This document shows, one piece after another, positions 6,666-10,200 of a stretch of 10,200 nucleotides of DNA. The notes beneath the pieces were generated by a model, which had not been told where the DNA came from, made no database searches, and saw only the letters and a list, made by a program, of their open reading frames with translations. Made by a program: the position numbers and the translations under genes. Position 1 is the first letter of the stretch. Each line of letters opens with the position of its first letter. Origin of the DNA: Candidatus Auribacterota bacterium. GTDB taxonomy: Bacteria; Auribacterota; UBA6266. Location: positions 1 to 10,200 of the forward strand of contig JAGLRQ010000013.1 in the NCBI GenBank assembly GCA_023136205.1. Direction: 5' to 3'.

Positions 6666-8054
6666 ATGCTTTCAGATAAACAGATAGAAGAAATCCAGAA
6701 GATTACAGGTGTTAAAAACGCTTTTCTTAATGATGAAAGTCTTGAAGAATGTTCTACTGACGAAACCCCGGATTTAAGCTGCAGGCCGGATATTGTTGTA
6801 AAAGTGGAAAACATAAAACAGATAAAGGAACTTTTGAAGTATTCGAACAGTGAAAAGATTCCCATTGTCCCAAGAGGTGCCGGTACAGGAACAACAGGGG
6901 GTTGTCTGGCGGTTTGCGGCGGGATTATCCTTTTGCTTGAAGGGTTGAACAAAATTGTCGATATAGATGAGAAAAATCTTATGGCAGTAGTTCAACCCGG
7001 AGTAATTACCGGTAACCTGCAGTCTGAAGTTGAAGCGAAAGGATTGTTTTATCCTGTTGACCCCGCAAGCCTTGATTCCTGCAGTATAGGCGGCAATGTT
7101 GCTGAAAACTCTGGCGGCCCGCGTGCCGTTAAATACGGAGTTACCAAAGATTATGTATGCGGGTTGAAAGCGGTATTGCCGGATGGTTCGGATTTTATTT
7201 ACGGCGGAAAAATAGTAAAGAATGTGATGGGTTATGACCTTCCCGGGATAATGATAGGTTCCGAAGGAACACTTGCCGTTTTTACAGAAATAACACTTAA
7301 ACTGCTTCCGTATCCCGCGGCTGTAACGGATCTGCTTATACCTTTTAAAACAATTAAAGATGCCGCGCATACCGTATCTTCGATCCTTTTAAACAAAATT
7401 GTTCCGGCTGCTATTGAATTTATGGATAAGAATTGCATAAAAGCTGTGGAATCTCTTCTTGAAAGGAAACTTCCGTATAGTGACGCGGAGGCCCATCTGC
7501 TGATTCAACTTGATGGTATGGACCAAAAAGAAACGGAAAAACTTTATGAAAAAGTGGGTAAAATATGCTTAAATAACGGTGCTGAGGATGTTTTTGTGGC
7601 GGACAACAGGCCGATGCGGGAAAAACTCTGGGAAGCAAGGAGGAAAATAAGGGAAGCCATAAAGCCTCTCAGCCCGGTAAAAAGGTCTTCGGATGTTGTT
7701 GTTCCTCGCTTTAAAATTCCGGAGCTGCTGGATGGGATTTATGCTTTGCAGGAGAAACACGAGGTAAGAATCTTTAATTTCGGCCATGCCGGCGATGGCA
7801 ATGTCCATGTTAATATTTTAAAGGAAAATATGGATGACAGTGTATGGCAAAACAAATTACCCGCGATCCTTGATGATTTATATAAGCTTGTTATTGACAT
7901 GGGAGGTGCTATTTCCGGAGAACACGGAATTGGTATCATCCAGAAGAAGTATTTAAAACGCGCGGTTGGAAAGAAAGAACTTGAAGTAATGAGAGCAATT
8001 AAAAAACTCTTTGACCCAAGTAACATATTAAATCCCGGGAAGATTTTTGAGTGA
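6666..8054 (+). CDS. FAD-linked oxidase of the GlcD / D-lactate dehydrogenase family (PCMH-type FAD-binding domain)
   Basis: The 462-aa ORF has an AAGGAG SD at 6652-6657 inside the end of dinG. Its ATG comes 3 nt after the dinG stop. Family motifs include PIVPRGAGTGTTGG, QPGVITGNLQ, FYPVDPAS..SCSIGGNVAENSGGPRAVKYGVTKDYV, GSEGTLAVFTEITLKL, and the C-terminal GHAGDGNVH...GGAISGEHGIG and DP.NILNPGK. No GlcE/GlcF-like partner is present in the window. Confidence 0.88.
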   Translation: MLSDKQIEEIQKITGVKNAFLNDESLEECSTDETPDLSCRPDIVVKVENIKQIKELLKYSNSEKIPIVPRGAGTGTTGGCLAVCGGIILLLEGLNKIVDIDEKNLMAVVQPGVITGNLQSEVEAKGLFYPVDPASLDSCSIGGNVAENSGGPRAVKYGVTKDYVCGLKAVLPDGSDFIYGGKIVKNVMGYDLPGIMIGSEGTLAVFTEITLKLLPYPAAVTDLLIPFKTIKDAAHTVSSILLNKIVPAAIEFMDKNCIKAVESLLERKLPYSDAEAHLLIQLDGMDQKETEKLYEKVGKICLNNGAEDVFVADNRPMREKLWEARRKIREAIKPLSPVKRSSDVVVPRFKIPELLDGIYALQEKHEVRIFNFGHAGDGNVHVNILKENMDDSVWQNKLPAILDDLYKLVIDMGGAISGEHGIGIIQKKYLKRAVGKKELEVMRAIKKLFDPSNILNPGKIFE

Positions 8055-8078
8055 AAGGCTAAAAAGGAAAAAATTAGC

Positions 8079-8096
8079 CACAGAGAACACAGAGAA
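8079..8096. repeat. Perfect tandem duplication of a 9-mer (CACAGAGAA x2) in the intergenic spacer
   Basis: CACAGAGAA occurs at 8079-8087 and again at 8088-8096, read directly from the sequence. Confidence 0.6.
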
Positions 8097-8232
8097 AATC
8101 AGAAAAAAGTAAAATTGGCCGCGGATTCAAAAAAGAAATGATTTGGAGAGGTACGAAATACTATATACTAAATACGATTCACGGGGTAGCGCGTAGCGTA
8201 GCCTCCCCGGAGAGGACCAGATACGAACTTAA

Positions 8233-8260
8233 TTGACATTTTACGCTTGATATATTATTT
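8233..8260 (+). promoter_or_regulatory. Candidate promoter for tRNA-Leu (consensus -35 TTGACA, AT-rich -10 region)
   Basis: TTGACA lies at 8233-8238. The -10 is ambiguous: TGaTATATT (extended -10, 8248-8256, spacer only 12), TATTAT (8253-8258, spacer 14) or TTATTT (8255-8260, spacer 16). It lies 14-20 nt upstream of the tRNA 5' end at 8274. Confidence 0.4.
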
Positions 8261-8273
8261 TTCTATTTCTAGT

Positions 8274-8359
8274 GCCAGAGTGGCGGAATGGCATACGCGA
8301 CGGATTCAAAATCCGTTGAGCTTCGGCTCGTAAGGGTTCAAGTCCCTTCTCTGGCACCA
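8274..8359 (+). tRNA. tRNA-Leu (anticodon CAA), class II with long variable arm, CCA encoded
   Basis: Acceptor GCCAGAG pairs with CTCTGGC, followed by discriminator A and CCA. The anticodon stem ACGGA/TCCGT encloses loop TT-CAA-AA. The variable arm hairpin is GAGC-TTCG-GCTC. The T arm is AAGGG-TTCAAGT-CCCTT. Confidence 0.93.
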
Positions 8360-8377
8360 AAGAACATAAGGTGAATA

Positions 8378-8860
8378 ATGGATAAAAATCATTCATTTAA
8401 GGTGGGTTTCAGCTTCGGATTGACTTCAGGAATAATAACAACTCTCGGGCTGATGGTTGGTTTGAATTCGGGGACCAAATCGAAGCTTGCGGTTATAGGC
8501 GGTGTTCTTACGATAGCAATAGCGGATTCTTTTTCAGACGCGCTGGGCATCCATATTTCTGAGGAATCCGAAAATAAACATACAACAAAAGAAATATGGG
8601 TAGCCGCGTTAAGTGCCTTTTTCTCCAAGTTTGTTTTTGCGCTGACCTTTATTGTTCCTCTTCTGCTTTGTACACTTCAAACAGCGATTTTAGTAAGTAT
8701 AGCCTGGGGATTGTCCATGCTTGGTATTTTCAGTTATTTCATGGCAAGAAAACAAAATACAAACCCCTGGAAAGCTGCAGCAGAACATTTAATAATTGCT
8801 CTTGTGGTTATATGCCTAACTCATTATGCCGGTGACTGGATAGCGAAGGTTTTTGTGTAA
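8378..8860 (+). CDS. Small polytopic membrane protein, divergent VIT1/CCC1-like (putative Fe/Mn transporter family)
   Basis: The 160-aa ORF has an SD AAGGTGA at 8368-8374. It shows four to five hydrophobic segments. The N-terminal FSFGLTSGIITTLGLMVGL...AVIGGVLTIAIADSFSDALGIHISEESE resembles the VIT-family TM1-TM2 region (G-L-S-D-G...L..G / A.A.SMA.GEY.S) but lacks the usual Asp and Met positions. The family call is therefore tentative. Confidence 0.5.
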   Translation: MDKNHSFKVGFSFGLTSGIITTLGLMVGLNSGTKSKLAVIGGVLTIAIADSFSDALGIHISEESENKHTTKEIWVAALSAFFSKFVFALTFIVPLLLCTLQTAILVSIAWGLSMLGIFSYFMARKQNTNPWKAAAEHLIIALVVICLTHYAGDWIAKVFV

Positions 8861-8941
8861 TTGTTTTAACACTATGTTGTTAGTGTGATGTAATTAGAAA
8901 TTTAACGGTCGAAGAACAGGGAAATGCAAAGGGAGGGAAAA

Positions 8942-9376
8942 ATGAGGAAATGTACAGTATTAATGTTTGTTTGCCTGTTGGTTTGTGCCACTTTTGTATC
9001 CGCTGAACTAAAAATTGTGGATGTAGAAGCATCTTCGTTTGAAGCGCCGGGGTTAGAAGCTCAAAAAACTATAGATGGTGATTCCAATAGCCGGTGGTCA
9101 TCTCAGTTTGCGGATGATGAATGGATTTATGTTGATCTTGGAAAAGTTGTAGATGTTTCAACAGTTTCTATTTCCTGGGAAACAGCTTATGGAAGTGAGT
9201 ATGAAATACAAATTTCAGACGACGCGATAAACTGGGGGACTGTTTATACAGAAAGTAATAGTGATGGTTGTCTTGATACCGTTGGTATAAATACTAAGGC
9301 TCGATATATCAAAATGATGGGTCTCAGGCGTGCTACAGAATGGGGATATTCTATTCTTGAAATTGAGGTGGAATAA
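8942..9376 (+). CDS. Secreted stand-alone F5/8 type C (discoidin) / CBM32-like carbohydrate-binding domain protein
   Basis: GGAGG at 8932-8936 lies 5 nt before the ATG at 8942. The track ORF starts at an upstream in-frame ATG at 8924 that has no SD. MRKCTVLMFVCLLVCATFVSA-ELK is a classic Sec signal peptide with a VSA cleavage motif. The mature ~123 aa carry the discoidin signature DGDSNSRWSS...DEWIYVDLGKVVDVSTVSISWETAYGSEYEIQISDD..NW. Confidence 0.8.
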   Translation: MRKCTVLMFVCLLVCATFVSAELKIVDVEASSFEAPGLEAQKTIDGDSNSRWSSQFADDEWIYVDLGKVVDVSTVSISWETAYGSEYEIQISDDAINWGTVYTESNSDGCLDTVGINTKARYIKMMGLRRATEWGYSILEIEVE

Positions 9377-9523
9377 GTTAATTAAAAGAGGGGCAAAAGG
9401 CTTGTTCTGGAATTAAAATAGTTATTCTACACTAGAGCTTTGGAGGACATTTGCCATTGGAATTTTCAGAATTTGTCCGCCGAAGCTTCTGGGGTGAAAT
9501 ACTTAAATCTAAACGAAGGCGGA

Positions 9524-9600
9524 TGGTGGAGGTAGAGGGATTCGAACCCTCGACCTCTTGACTGCCAGTCAAGCACTCTAGCCAACTGAGCTATACCCCC
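9524..9600 (-). tRNA. tRNA-Ala (anticodon GGC), CCA encoded
   Basis: The reverse complement reads GGGGGTA-TA-GCTC-AGTTGGCTA-GAGT-G-CTTGA-CTGGCAG-TCAAG-AGGTC-GAGGG-TTCGAAT-CCCTC-TACCTCC-A-CCA. The anticodon loop CT-GGC-AG gives Ala. The G3:U70 wobble pair in the acceptor stem is the tRNA-Ala identity element. Confidence 0.93.
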
Positions 9601-9621
9601 ACGATTTAAACCGAAGAAAAG

Positions 9622-9649
9622 TATATAAATTAAAGAAGTAGTCCGTCAA
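9622..9649 (-). promoter_or_regulatory. Candidate promoter for tRNA-Ala (TTGACG-16-TATATA on the minus strand)
   Basis: Plus-strand CGTCAA at 9644-9649 is the -35 TTGACG. TATATA lies at 9622-9627. The spacer is 16 nt. The predicted start is about 14 nt upstream of the tRNA 5' end at 9600. Confidence 0.45.
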
Positions 9650-9673
9650 GTTTAAACTGGGGAAATCAAACAA

Positions 9674-9702
9674 TTGACAGGGATAACAGGATTCAGTAAG
9701 AT
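9674..9702 (+). promoter_or_regulatory. Candidate promoter for the Memo-like gene (TTGACA-17-TAAGAT), divergent from the tRNA-Ala promoter
   Basis: TTGACA lies at 9674-9679 and TAAGAT at 9697-9702, separated by a 17-nt spacer. The predicted start near 9709 gives a leader of about 77 nt before the ATG at 9786. Confidence 0.4.
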
Positions 9703-9785
9703 TAAATTACAAAAGGGTATGCCGGAAAAATAGATCTATAATAATGTAAAATGTGGTTTTAAAGCTTAATTGCTATTCATTTCCG

Positions 9786-10200
9786 ATGAAGAAACATTCG
9801 AAATCCTTATCTGGAATTATAACGTTTTTCTGCATCTTTTTAGTTTTTTTTATAGCAATTTTCTGGGTATATGCTGAACAAAAAGGTGAAAGTGGTGTGA
9901 AAATGCGTAAGGCAGCTGTTGCCGGGATGTTTTACGAAAATAATCCCGAAATATTAAATAAAGAAATAAAAGAATATCTTAAAAAAGCAACCCCTGAAAA
10001 AGTTCAAGGAGATGTAATCGCTCTTATCAGCCCCCACGCGGGTTACACCTTTTCAGGGCAAGCCGCGGCTTTTGGTTATAAGCTTCTTGACGGTAAAAAA
10101 ATAAAAAAAGTTATTGTTATCGCGCCGTCCCATTCTGTGGGGTTCAGGGGAGCTTCCATACCCGATACGGACAGCTATGAGACTCCGCTTGGACTTGTAA
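9786..10200 (+). CDS. N-terminal 138 codons (3' end outside the window) of a Memo-like / AmmeMemoRadiSam system protein B family protein with an N-terminal signal anchor
   Basis: The frame is open from the ATG at 9786 to the window end, so it is absent from the track. The translation is MKKHSKSLSGIITFFCIFLVFFIAIFWVYAEQKGESGVKMRKAAVAGMFYENNPEILNKEIKEYL...GDVIALISPHAGYTFSGQAAAFGYKLL...VIVIAPSHS. The blocks AVAG.FY, PHAGY.FSG.AA and V..GPSH are the Memo-family N-terminal signature. An alternative start exists at M40 (ATG 9903). No clear SD precedes either start. Confidence 0.75.
   Translation, partial: MKKHSKSLSGIITFFCIFLVFFIAIFWVYAEQKGESGVKMRKAAVAGMFYENNPEILNKEIKEYLKKATPEKVQGDVIALISPHAGYTFSGQAAAFGYKLLDGKKIKKVIVIAPSHSVGFRGASIPDTDSYETPLGLV

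Noticed and set aside
6548-7370. Antisense ORFs of 134 aa (6548-6952) and 198 aa (6774-7370) opposite the dinG end and the GlcD-like gene
   Set aside because: Both overlap strongly supported plus-strand genes. Their sequences (e.g. MRGIFNCFKRYKQIRYSRGIRKQF...) show no domain-like pattern, no SD and no promoter context. The other short track ORFs (1547-1780, 1954-2175, 2183-2389, 6146-6494, 7232-8026, 8389-8835) were rejected for the same reasons.
8057-8079. GGCTAA-N11-TTAGCC hairpin just after the GlcD-like stop as an intrinsic terminator
   Set aside because: It has only a 6-bp AT-containing stem with an 11-nt A-rich loop and no downstream T-tract. It is not convincing as a Rho-independent terminator.
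8118-8131. cggattcaaaa 11-mer identical to the tRNA-Leu anticodon arm, possibly a tRNA remnant
   Set aside because: The flanking sequence cannot be folded into acceptor, D or T arms. The similarity does not extend beyond the 11-mer, so it is probably chance.
8183-8239. Fragments reminiscent of the yybP-ykoY Mn riboswitch (GGGGTAGCG, GAGAGGACC, TTGACAT) upstream of a VIT-like transporter gene
   Set aside because: The motif order is wrong, since the UUGACAU-type element should precede the AGACC closing segment. No four-way junction can be drawn. A complete tRNA gene lies between these motifs and the transporter ORF. TTGACA is better explained as the tRNA-Leu -35 box.
8869-8886. ACACTA-tgttgt-TAGTGT hairpin after the VIT-like gene as a terminator
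   Set aside because: The 6-bp stem is AT-rich and has no T-tract. The next gene is probably co-transcribed.
8924-8941. Upstream in-frame ATG (track start) for the discoidin-domain gene
   Set aside because: The GGAGG SD lies downstream of it, correctly spaced for the ATG at 8942. Starting at 8942 gives a canonical signal peptide (MRK...). The 8924 start remains possible but less likely.
8274-9600. tRNA-Leu to tRNA-Ala interval as a tRNA-targeted genomic islet
   Set aside because: There is no integrase or recombinase. No direct repeat of either tRNA 3' end was found by eye in the interval. Only two small genes are present, and they show no obvious compositional difference from their neighbours.
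1-10200. Search for CRISPR repeats, transposase/IS ends, integrons, retron/DGR-type reverse transcriptases and toxin-antitoxin pairs
   Set aside because: There are no regularly spaced direct repeats, no long terminal inverted repeats and no ORFs with recombinase, RT or nuclease-toxin motifs. Every large ORF is accounted for by a housekeeping-type family.

Overview
The window looks like an ordinary, moderately AT-rich bacterial chromosomal region, not an accessory island. I found no CRISPR array, transposase, integrase, toxin-antitoxin pair or recognisable defence operon. Gene identities rest on family motifs recalled from memory, because no search could be run. In order, it contains: the 3' end of a Lys/Glu-rich coiled-coil protein (1-441, absent from the ORF track); tRNA-His(GTG) on the minus strand; a GH94 glycoside phosphorylase; a convergent inositol-monophosphatase (SuhB-like) gene whose stop codon overlaps the GH94 stop; an 846-aa DinG/XPD-type Fe-S helicase with an N-terminal RadC-like JAB/MPN metallo-domain; a tightly coupled GlcD-like FAD oxidase; a repeat-containing 220-nt spacer; tRNA-Leu(CAA), followed 18 nt later by a small VIT1/CCC1-like membrane protein; a secreted stand-alone discoidin/CBM32-like domain protein; tRNA-Ala(GGC) on the minus strand; and the 5' part of a Memo-like (AmmeMemoRadiSam protein B-like) gene with an N-terminal signal anchor (also absent from the ORF track). 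All three tRNAs encode CCA, and each is preceded by a near-consensus sigma70-type promoter. The most unusual item is the JAB-DinG fusion. The other findings are modest.
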